64,000 nt of DNA from Takakia lepidozioides (taxonomy: Eukaryota; Plantae; Bryophyta), in NCBI GenBank assembly GCA_030704615.1, contig CM060734.1, forward strand, positions 248,001 through 312,000, given 5' to 3'. The position numbers were made by a program, and so were the translations under genes. Positions 25,775 to 36,890 of this stretch are shown here, piece by piece. The notes under the pieces are model-generated. The model made no database searches. It worked only from the letters and a program-made list of their open reading frames with translations, and was not told the origin of the DNA. Positions within the stretch are counted from its first letter, which is position 1; each line of letters opens with the position of its first letter.

Positions 25775-28146
25775 TCTCCTCCCCAACCTTCTGTGCATAG
25801 TTGGGATTCATTATGTACCTTGCCTGTTTAATTGGTACTGATCCTGGTTCCAGTTCAATCTTATGTTGGCAGATCTCAGGTGGTATCCCTTTCAAATCTT
25901 CATAGCTCCAAGAAAATATATCTTTGTATATGATAAACAGGCTCTTAGCTTCCTCAAAGAATTTTGGCTCCAAGTCAACCCCAACTTTTACCATTCTTGG
26001 TTCCTCCTCAGTTCCCACATTCACTTCTCTCACCTGCTCTTCAGCTGTGATTGTCCATCCAGCCACTACGTCATCCTGTAAACTCACAGTGGTTGGTTCC
26101 TCTAGGATTTCTATTTCTCCCTCTCTTTCCTCATAGAAATGTGGTGGGTAACTACTTGTTTCCCCCTCAATTGGTGTTGCTGTTACTGCACCACAACAAT
26201 ACCTTTAAAGCAACTCAGGCCTCCCAGTTGCATTTCTACAACCTGCTCCCACTCTGGGTGTGCAGCAAACAGTGTAGCTTCCTGCTCCTCATCAAGCCCT
26301 CCCCTCCAGTCATACTCTCTGACTCCACGATGTCTCCGTGTAGCAGGTAGCCTACGAGATTTCTTAGTGGTGATCTATATCTTATGCTTCCCATCATGCA
26401 CAGTCAGTAACTGGGAATTCCAATCATGGAATACCCTGGCATGTTTCGGCCATGGTCGACCCAGCAATAAGGAGTAAGCTTCCATGACATCATCCATTTT
26501 CAACACAGTCACTGTGATCTTAAAGATCATCTTCTGAATCTGACGTATCTTTACTCCTCTTATCAAGCCTAATGGCTGTACACTCATTTGATCTGCCATT
26601 GTTACTATGAATGGGGCTGGTTTCATGTTACTCAGACCAAGCTTCTGCCTTAATTGGTCTGTCATAATATTCACTCCTGAGCCTCCATCTATCAGTACAT
26701 CAGTCAAGTCCGTGCTTCCAATTCTCAATTGGATTACTAGCCTGGAATCATCAAAGTCCATGACTGTTTCTCGCCCTTCAGGCTTCACATTATAACTTGT
26801 CACCCTACTATTCAGGTTTGTGTTCTGTGTTATATGAGCAGTACTTGCAGTACCCCCAGCTCCAGTTGCACTACTTCCCACACTCCCTGTCCCCCCAGAG
26901 CCAGATCCAAGCTGCCCGCTTGATCCCCCTGAGCTGACACCTTTGTTGGCCTGTGATCCAAGTGCTCCACTTGATCCATGTCCAACAGGTTGGGATGTCC
27001 TGGTTGTAGTCTCAACCTCAACTGTTGGGTCTACTTCTTCATACTCTTCATCTTCCAAATTCTTCTCTCTGTTTTCATCTTCCAAGTTCTTCTCTTGGAT
27101 TTCTTCTTCCTCACTCATATAACTCAACTGAAGTGGTGTTGGAGAGTCTGAACTCTCCGTTGGCTCTGCCACATCTTCCTCTCCTTCTTTATCTTGTATT
27201 TCAGAAACTGGAGTTCCTGCTCTTGGTGTTCCATACCAACTCTGATCAAAGATTTCTGTAAAATCTTTAACCCAGGGATGTACCTCAGATCTTTCCCCTC
27301 GTGGTTGATCTTCTTCCTGTACCAAATCCCTTAATCTTTCTTGTAAAGAATAAGAAGGAGTGGCATCCAACTCTGGTTCTTCCGGTATGGGTGATGTACT
27401 CTCTGGCCTTAATAGTGTGAGAGGTCCAGATGATTCCCCTATGTCTATTCCTCTCTCCCAGAGATATGGATAATTAGCTTTCAAATAACTTTCTCTTTTT
27501 GCTGAATATCTGTGTCTAGCTTCCCTTTCATCACTCATGTCCCATGTCTTTCATATCTTTAATGAGGCAATAACCAAAACTCTCTTCTGTAGTATCTCTC
27601 GTATATGCCTGGATTTCTTTCAAGCTTTAATGCACCCTTGGCTATACTAGAAGGCTCCGTTACCATATAACCATATGGCAAGCACGTCTGAAAAAGCTGT
27701 TCTTGGTGTAAGTTTGATCCACATGATATCCTTAGGAATCCAATTCTTTACCAGTACAATTTCTTCATGCATATGAGTAAAAACATTCACCTTCCATTCT
27801 CCCAGCTTTCAAACTCCACTCGTTTAATGGATAGCAATGCTATCACATAAACCAGTGTTGGTAACCAACTTGCTCTCCCTCTACAGGCCACTTGATAGAT
27901 CTTTATCACTCCTTTCTCCAGACCCCACTCTGGATCAGCATCATGCACTCTCTTAAGAATGTTTTCCTTGCAACCGTCTGGCAATTCCAAGAACCTCTGA
28001 AAGAATTGTTTGGACAATCTTTCTTTCTTAGTTTCACAAGGAATTTGATTCACATCAAATTCCTTGATTCTCCATCCACCATGATCCCACCAGATGTCTG
28101 TCACATCTGGTTGTTCTTGACTCAGTTCCCCAGCATGGTCGCCAAA
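25775..28146 (-). mobile_element. F1 5' internal region: PBS, atypical ORF1, protease and RT start, cut by the F2 insertion
   Basis: PBS TGGCGACCATGCTGGGGA (~28126-28144); VLIDGGSGVNIM; YSLLLGRPW; DLKGIPPEICQHKIEL...NYAQKV, ending at the F2 LTR. Confidence 0.9.
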
Positions 28147-29147
28147 TGTCGAGCGGCTTTTACTCACCCATCCCTTAGCTATCCGAGGTGGAAACTCCAA
28201 GATAGAAGAGTTGGAAATCTCTAAGCACTCAGCCCGCTCAGAACAATCAGTCGTGACCTACAACTAGTGTATCATGGGGGTGCTTCCTATTTGTATTCCT
28301 TCTCGCATTCATATTAGCAAGTTATCTTATTGTCTATGATTAAGTATCAAATTGCTTCTGCAATCTTCCATGTTCCATCTACCCAAGCATTCATTCCACA
28401 GCTTCACTCAGGTCTCTCTACACAGTATGAGTATGAAATATGTATCAGATTAATATCTATCAAGTATCAGGCCGAAGCCATGGTGTCTCTAATCTGCTCT
28501 ACAGTGCATCTCTACATCTTGCATGAATCAAGCATCATCTCGTCGTATCTCCTCCTCTATGTAATCTCCATCCCTGCGCTTCCAAGATTGTGCTCTCTGC
28601 CTGATCTCCTCCAGTGATGTCCAAGAAGTGCTCCCCCTAAGAAATGACCCTCTCCATGTTGCTACTCTGCCTATTCTCCCTGCAAACTGTTCTAACCGCC
28701 TAACTAACAACTGTCATCCAAGACAGAATTCACGTTCTCTATGCAGATGTCGTTCCCACACAGTCATTCCCTGCCAATGATAACGGTTCCCTGTGAACGT
28801 TGTGACAGGCTGTGCCAAGCTGTGTCGGGCTATGACTGTGCCGAGCTATGACTGGCTGTGTCGGGCTGTGTCTGGCTGTGTCAGACTGTGTCAGGGACTG
28901 TGATAGACTGTGACTGACTGTGATGGGCTGTGATAGGCTGTGTAAGGCTGTGTTAGGCTGTGACAAGCTGTGTCAGGCTGTGAAAGCCCGTGACTGATTG
29001 TGTGAGCCCGCCTACCACCCCTAAGGCTTGTGTCTGTCACCCCTAAGGCCTGTGTTGGTCTGAGCCTACCATCCGTAAGTCTACGCAAAATTAAGGGTAC
29101 CCCACAGAACCCGTAAAACTGTCTAAGTCCCAAATAGCCCTCTAACA
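28147..29147 (-). mobile_element. F1 5' LTR (1001 bp)
   Basis: Reverse-complement homolog of 5596-6597; followed by the PBS. Confidence 0.92.
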
Positions 29148-29203
29148 GGTAATAAGAGAGCAGAGATAGCCGAACCCTCAGAAGATAACCGGGAGCGGCA
29201 GGG

Positions 29204-29245
29204 GGGAGGCGGAGCTCCGCCTCCCATCGCGGGAAAAAAATCTGG
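29204..29245 (+). other. Perfect 22-bp GC palindrome followed by CTGG|T, possible Helitron 3' end
   Basis: GGGAGGCGGAGCTCCGCCTCCC, then 16 nt, then CTRR-T. Confidence 0.35.
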
Positions 29246-30765
29246 TAATTACTCTTATAAGATTCTGGCTTGCCATACTTATCAAGTTAACCACAAGATC
29301 TTATATAACATTGCCAATGTTACATAAAGTCTTGTGGTTTACATGGTAAGTTTGATCATGCCCACTTGAAATCCCCTTAATCATTGTGGTTAATCACCTG
29401 GGATATTAGTAGTGTGTTGTGCCAGACTGGTCATCTTAAACAGGCTAGAAAAATTGGTTAGGACGGAAGACCTGCCGTCGAAGAGAGATGGGAGATCTTC
29501 CGGCAAAGCAACGATGGGAGGTCTCCCGGCAAAACAACGTCGGGAGATCTCCCGTCAATTGACTTCCGCCAGCACACACTTTCAACCCATCATCATTTGA
29601 AGCAAGGATAGAGTATTCAAGAGCAGAGACATACTTCCTGCATGTGCATGGCCATAGTTACAAAGTGATACCCAAGATGTTAGATAACATTGCCAGTGTG
29701 TTAACTAAAGTCTTGTGTATCACTTTGTAAGAATACGGATGCATTCAGAAAAAACCTGCAATGAATGTAGTTAATCACGTGGGTAACAGTAGTGTTTGTG
29801 CCACAGTAGTCTTGCGCAAGGTTTATCAATGGTCAAAAGGATGTTCAATGGACTTCTGCCAACTCACACTTTCAACCCATCATCATTTTAACCACAGACA
29901 ATTCAGGCTTGTGCATGGCCATCTGAATAAAAGTAGTGTACATATGGGGTATACTGTACACCCGGGGTATAATATATGGTCTGGAGTATATATTGAAGTG
30001 TCGAAGTGGTGTGAATGTATGTTGTGTGAAGTGGTGTAACAGTATCGCATAGGGAGAGTGATGGCGTGTCAGTAAAAACAGTTGGGAAGTGTATGCAGGT
30101 GTGTCAACAGATTGGTGATGTAGTATGAGGATGTGTTGTGTGGGAGTGGTGTGAGGTAGTGGGTGATGATATGATGTTGGATTGGATCCAACAGTAAGTA
30201 ACCCCAGATGGGTATATAAAAAAATAGTTATCAAAGAATATGAATTGGAGGTAACAGCCTAGCAACTTCATACTAAAAAAACAGTTAGGCTGTGTGATGA
30301 TAAGAAGAGCATAGTTAGGATGTGTTGTATAGCGGACGCCTGAAGCAAATGGGGGAGCTGGTGGTGTGGGTGTTGAGGTGCTCATCAGAGTGTCAACGCA
30401 TATGTGGTCAAAGGCAGGTGACTTTACTAAACATCTGAGAATCGGTATGGCATCCTTGTTATATGCTATTTCTTCATAGCTGCCGAGTGGGGTCGAGAAC
30501 GTCAATGTTGTTGGTGGTGTGTGAGTACATGGGGGTATGCAGATAAGCCTGCAACCTGCATCAAGAAGTGGGTGAGGAAGATGATATAGTGGTGTTATGA
30601 GATCAAAGGCAATGTTATTTGAGTGCATCCAATGAGAAGGGTGGTGTGGGAATAGTACAACGGCGGGATTTACGTGGCAAACATAGCTGCATATAGTAGT
30701 GCGGATCAGGCCTATACTATCCTGGGGGAGAACAACCGGGTATGTAAAAGAGTGAATTCCATGGA

Positions 30766-33700
30766 CCAAGAGAGAAGACTCCGGCCGAGGCCGGTGTAAC
30801 TAAGAGCCACTTCGCCTTGTGGCTACTGCCCCGTTTCGAGGGTGGGTCCTATATAAATATGACAGGTGTCCAGGGGATACCAAGTAACCGGGGGTATGAG
30901 GTACCTCTGGGTACCCAGGGGTACCGGAGATGGGATGGATTCGAGTTTCCGCTTATTGGTTATGATGGATGTGAGAGAGCGAAGTGTCGTAAGGTGGATG
31001 TCTTTAAAGCAAGTATGGATGGAGGTGGTGGGGATTTAAAATTATCTTGAAGTGTTGAGATACTGTCATTGTGTATGCCCCCTCTGGTGCCTGCGGAGAT
31101 GACGGAGAGTGGGCCCGTGGCCCACCCTCATCGGCGAATAGCAAGGATAAGCGGAGTGTATTTTTGGCGCTTCTTGAGGATGGAGGTGTGCGGGAAGTGG
31201 TCATGGCAGTACGTGAATTTGATGAAGTGTATGATTAGTGGTGGGGTAGGAGTAGAGGGTGGAAGGGCGTTGGTGGGAAGTCCCTGAACTAAGAGGATGT
31301 TCGGGCATAGCCTAGCGGGACATGTGCATGTAGCATGGGGTTGGAAAATACAGGGTAATAGCCAGGATGGTACTGTATGGTCTGGGGGGTCTACCTTGGT
31401 AAGTGCCAGCATTGATGAGTGAGAACCATCTAGTTTCTTTATGTCGTTGTAATAGTTTGTGGATGTGTCATACAGCTTGATTGTGCCTCGCGATACGAAG
31501 GCCATGCAAGACTGGGTGGGGGCATTTATTGAGGATATGTGGCCAAGTGTCAATTACTGCACGTATATGGGAGCAGAGGGGGTAGTGTGGGGATGAAAAA
31601 ATGGTTGGCCAGAAGGTATGCTTACGCTGGTGCCCTATATACTGGGCAAATCTAAGCTTAAGTGTTTGTTTGATTTGTGCGTCGGAAGCGGCTTTAGTGT
31701 GTCAGAAGTGGTTGGACAGTTTATGATGAAGTACTATGGAATGTGTCCATTTTTGGATATGTTGTTTGGTGTGACTGAGAGATGTAGCGGCTTGTTTGTT
31801 GGCTTCTTTAGAGAGAGTAGAGCGGAGGTTACGAATAGGTTTAGGACGTTCGGGGGGCTTGGAATTGGATGTATTAGCCAGAAAGGGTGCATATGTGTAG
31901 TGTGGATGGGGTCTGTGGGGGGTTCTACTGGGGGTTTGGAGGCCCCTAGTTGGGCAAGGAGGTCAGCCTCCTCGTTCCCGTTGATTCCGGTATGTGAGCG
32001 TACTTTAAGAAATTGAATGGGTTGGTTGATTGAGATGGCTAAAGTGATGATTGCTGAGATCTGGGTGGTGATGGTGGGAGGATGGGCTGGCTATGTGGTT
32101 TCGCAGGAGAAATAGCAAAGTTAAGTTGTCTGTAAAAATGTAGTATGGTGAGGGGAATGCGTGTAGCTGGGAGAGGGCTTCGTAGATGGCCATAAGTTCG
32201 GCACGTAGTATGGTTGCGGGGCTCGGAAGTCAGTGGGCTGTACCAGTGTTAGTGGCCGCGTGGTAGACTCCATATATTCCGGCGCAGGAGCCAGCTTGGG
32301 AGCGATCTGTGTAGTGTGCATGTGCTGAGGGGTATTTTAAAGAGGTAGGGCCTAGATGAATTGGAGGTGCTCCAACATAGGTGATATTGAGTGACGGGAT
32401 GGGGCGGGGAGGGGTCGGAATCCATGTTTTGTTTGTTTTTGGTTTGTATGGGGATCGAGATGGGGTGTATAAAGGTGGCGTTGGAAAGGATGTGATAGCC
32501 ATGACAGTAAAAGTTTAAGGTGGGTAGAGAAGTCTATAGGTATATAGGTGTGGGAAGCGTTGTGGACTAACAAGATTAGGGTTAGAGTGGGTTCTTTGTG
32601 CCGTAGGTATTTAGGGAAGGGTGGGTTGCGTATGTATCAAAGTTGTTTGGGTTCAATGGCCACCAAAGGAGTAACGTCAAGAGGGAGTGGTAGAAGGGGG
32701 TGGTGATGGTCAGGCATTTTTTGTTGAGTTAGGATGATGATGGTTGAGGTGGAAGGGCAGGAGTGTGTAGCCTGGCGGGCCCATTGAAGGGCCTCGTGTG
32801 CAAGTGGCCCTGTGGGCGGGTGAGCGAGGCCTCCTCCTGTCCATGTGTGCTGGGTAGCGGTTCCTAAAGCATCGAATATACGGTCACGTGGATGTGGGCT
32901 GTTGTATGTGGAGAGCTCCATGGGGCAGGTTAGTGGGCTGGACTAATATGAATGAGTCAACTGAAATGAGGCGATGAGGAGTTTGAGGATGTCTGAGGGG
33001 AGGGTAGTATGGGAGTAGGCTTGCGCCTGTTTGTTGAGGTTACGAGGCTTCTTAGTAGGGGTATCGCAGGTAGGTATCGGTTAAGAAGCCAGCTGACCTC
33101 TGTGGCAAAGTCTTGTTTTGGAGGCTGTAGCTGGCTATTCTGTGTGTCAGAGGTGGAATATTTATACCAAAACCAGGCAAGCCGGACATTGGGAATGGAT
33201 CCGGAAAAACTACCGTTGATTGTGTAAATGTTGGATTGTGAGGTGTTGGGGCATATTAATGGGTGGCCGGGCATAATATCTTTGTCTGGGTTGCATTCGG
33301 TGATGTGTATTTGTATATTAGGAGTGGCTAGTGGTTGGCCGATGTAGCGGGTGTTAGTGGGTTGGGTTTGCGAGACATGATGTTGGTGGGTGTGCCTTAC
33401 ATAGGTGGTGTTTGTGGTTTTGTGGAATCTGATGAGGAGAGTGCGGTTATGAACCGGGTCGCAGTCGTCATGTGATCCAAAGAGGTCGTCTTCAATTTGC
33501 CATGTGTTATCTTTTGCTGGGAATCCCTCCCATTTACACAAATAGTATGTATCAACACATATCGCTCCGAAGGTGTCAAGTGATGTTTGGGTTTTGATGC
33601 CGAGGATAGCTTCAATGACGAAGGCCTTGGGGTGGTCTGGGTCTGGTAGGTGGGGGTACGGTGGAGGAGTGGGCGACAATTGGGATATAGGGGGTGATTG

Positions 33701-35510
33701 TTGATGTGTGTTAGGTGATGTCGGTGACATACAGGGAGGTGCGGTGAGGGGGGGTGGGAGGGGGGGGGGGGGGGGGGGGGGTATAGACTGGGGGGTTTTG
33801 AGATGCTTTAAGTAGTTGTAGTGTTGATGGGGCTGGTGCTGTTCTGAATTCCGGGAGGAGGTCTTGGATATTGTGCGGGTAGAGCTTGCATGGCATATCA
33901 CATTGTAAGGTGCAGGATGCAGATGGGTGGCAAAAGATGAGACGCAGATGGAGTAGGTAGCGGCGTGTCTTAATCGTGGCCCGTGAGTGTTTTAAGGTGA
34001 ATTGACTTGAGGTTAGGAGCCGGTGTCCATCCGCAGTGGTGAGTTGGGCAAGGTTAGTGATATGTCGAGCTTTGAAGTAGGCGAGGATGTGTTTTTTCTG
34101 TTTAGGATGCGAGTTTTCAAATTGTGAGGAAGAGGGGCTATTGTTCCATGCGCGTTCAAGTGGTGATATAGAGGTGGGATAGCCAGGAAGATCAGTTTGG
34201 ATGCTTATTTTCATTTGGCGCAGGAGACAGAGGGTGCGGGCGGTGGGTGAGTGGAGGCAAGATTGGGGGTGGGGTGGGGAGGGAGTATAGCCCGTTGTAT
34301 TTGGAGGCAAGGTGCTTGAGTAGTCCTTGGAAAATGAGCCCTAGACGACCCGGGTCGTTGAGGGCTTCTAGGAGTTGTGTACCAAGAGTGCGGGCATATG
34401 AGATAATAAGAGGAGTGGATCCTATGCCATAATTGTCTTGGGGGAGCTGAGTGAGGACGTTGAGGGTACTGGTAGGTAATCCACATATACGTTTGGTGAG
34501 TTGGATAATATTTTTGTCCAATTGTCTAATGTCAGGCAGGGGAAAGGGGGGTGCATGAAAGGCGTATTGGATTTGTGGATGGAGGATTTGTTGGATGATA
34601 GCTAGGTTGGGACGAATGGAAATGGGGGATTTGAGAAGGGCTAGGCTCTTGTTGTTTAGTTTAGAAAGAGTTGTTTGCTTTTGGATGTTCTGGAGGTAAG
34701 CGATGGGACTAGTTGGATGCCTAGGTATGTGTAGGGTTCATCTGGACCTAAGAATGGAAAAGGTTTTTGTTGGTAACGGATGTGGAGCTTGCAGTGGGAG
34801 GCGATCGTAGATTTAGTGAATTTGCTGTTATGTGTGGCTGCAGTGACCGCACATTTGTGAAGACTCAGTTCCATGCCTGACCATTGATTAAAGCGGGAGA
34901 GTTTATCGACCTTGCGGTTGAGATGTTGTGGCTTGTGTGCTAGGATAGCGAGGTCGTCTGCGTAAGCGGCTGCGGATATTTTGTTTGTAGACATTTTGTA
35001 TTGGTATCCTAAGTTGCCTCGGGCGAGCCATCTTAGTAATGGTTCAAGGAAGATAATAAAGAGATAGAGGCTCAGCGTGTCCCCTTGGATGGTGCCGCGT
35101 AGGATGGGAATTGGGGGGGTGGAGCCATAGTAGGAACCAGAATATTTTGTGGTGTTGTTGGTATAGATGTTACCGATGAGTTGGATGGCGTCGGTGGGGT
35201 AACCTAGATCTGACATGATGGCCAATAATCTAGGGTGGTCCAGAGAGCCGAAGGCGTTTTTGAAGTTGATATAGAGGAGGTAGATGTCTTGTTTGGTAAG
35301 CTTAGCATCTTCTAGGGCGGGGATAACGTATTGTATCGGACGGATTGTGCTTCGTGTGGCCCGGAATCCTTCTTGGGGGTCGCTTAAAATCTGGTGTTGT
35401 TCTCCGTAATTAGACAACATCCTTGTTAGGGTACTGGTGAATAATTTATATAGTGTTGGCGAGGGCTATTGGTCTGTAATTACTTAGAGCTGTTGGGTCA
35501 TCTTTTTTGA
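30766..35510 (-). mobile_element. Non-LTR retrotransposon copy 1 (Dualen/RandI-like): RT, chromodomain, PCIF1-like fold, RNase H, CCHC, RLE, 3' UTR; degenerate
   Basis: NYRPIAL, QEGFR, GTIQGDTLS, YADD; YLCKWEGF...NTW; SSPL...D.IF.ALG...AHPP; AELMAI...IFTD...GNEEAD; DTWPHILNKC...RHN; P(D>N)ILL...F.YCHD...KY.PL. Confidence 0.88.
34656..35510 (-). pseudogene. Non-LTR reverse transcriptase domain
   Basis: Canonical non-LTR RT motifs including YADD and YTYLG. Confidence 0.95.
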
Positions 35511-36709
35511 ACATGCCGTACGGGACACTTGGCCTCATATCCTTAGCAAATGTCCCCACCCAGTTATACATGGCCTTCGTATTGCTAGACATAACCAAGC
35601 CGTATGGCACATCCACAAACTACTCCAACGGCATAAGGAAACAAGATGATTCTCACTCATCAATGCAGGCACATACCAAGGCAGACCCCTAGATCATACA
35701 GTACCCACCTGGCTACTACCGTGCGCCTGCCATCCCCACGTTACCTGCACATGTCCTGCCAGACTTTGCCCTGATATTCTATTAGTCCAAGGACTCCCCA
35801 TAAATGTCTCCCCACCCTCTACTCCATCCCCATCACTCACCATCCACTTCATTGAATTTACATACTGTCATGACCGCTTCCCACACACCTCCATCCTTGA
35901 AAAACGTCAAAAGTACGCCCCGCTTATCCTCGGCTGGGCCACCGGCCCACTCTCCGTCATCTCCGCCGGCACCAGAGGTGGCATCCACAATGACAGCATT
36001 TCAACACTACAAGATAACTTCAAGCTCCCCACCACTTCCATTCATACATGCTTTAAGGACATCCACCTCACTACACTTCACTCCCTTACAGCTATCATAA
36101 CTAACAAACAGAAACTCAAAACCACCACATCCTTCGTACCTCAGGGTACCCCTGGGTACCCACGGGTACCCTAGGCACCCAAAGTACCTCATACCCCCGG
36201 TTACTAGGTGTCTCATAGACACTTGTCATCTTTTACAGGGCCCACCTCCGAAAGGGGGTAGTAGCCATAAGGCGAAGTGGCTCTTAGTTACGCCGGCTTC
36301 CGGAGTCTTCTCTCTCTCTCTTGGACATATGTGAACCCACCCTGAGGATATTATACATGAAATCTGGCTACAAGCTTCTGACTCATACACACCCACGGTC
36401 AATAACTGCTTGCACCCTAACCTACACCAACACAACTGTTTATGTAAAGTAAAACACTACCCATGGCACGATCTTGATGGCTTCTCACTTGAAAAGCGAG
36501 GCCGACCCAAAGACCACATCATTAACTTCTTTACCCAAGACCTATTCTACTCATGCCTAAAAGCTCTTTCTAAATCAAAAGTCACGGGCCCAGATCTAAT
36601 CCCCAACGCCATCCTACAAGCACTTCTCTCCTCTTAATTTTTTTTCAACTTTGCTACCTATTTCAACATATCCCACTCTCTTGGAAACATAGCCGAACCA
36701 TTCTATTTT
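35511..36709 (+). mobile_element. Inverted block 1: copy 2 3' part (CCHC end, RLE, 3' UTR to 36324) followed by copy 1 pre-RT region
   Basis: RLCPDILLVQG...IEFTYCHD; 3' UTR homologous to 30766-30900; KVTGPDLIPNAIL. Confidence 0.85.
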
Positions 36710-36890
36710 AGGGAGCAGTGAGGGGATGGAAACTGGGTAGGCCAGAAGGTATGTTTACGTTGGTGCCCCATATATTGGGCATATCTAGATTTGAGCGTTT
36801 GTCGGATTTGTGTGTCAGATGCGGCTTTGGTATTCCAAAAGTGATTGGACAATTTGTGGTGAAGTGTAGTGGAGTGTGTCCATTTTTGGA
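36710..36890 (-). mobile_element. LINE copy 2 segment between RNase H and CCHC
   Basis: Homologous to 31580-31760. Confidence 0.85.

Noticed and set aside
30766-30900. Hammerhead or HDV-like ribozyme in the LINE 3' UTR
   Set aside because: No CUGANGA/GAAA core or convincing pseudoknot is visible, only short stem-loops.
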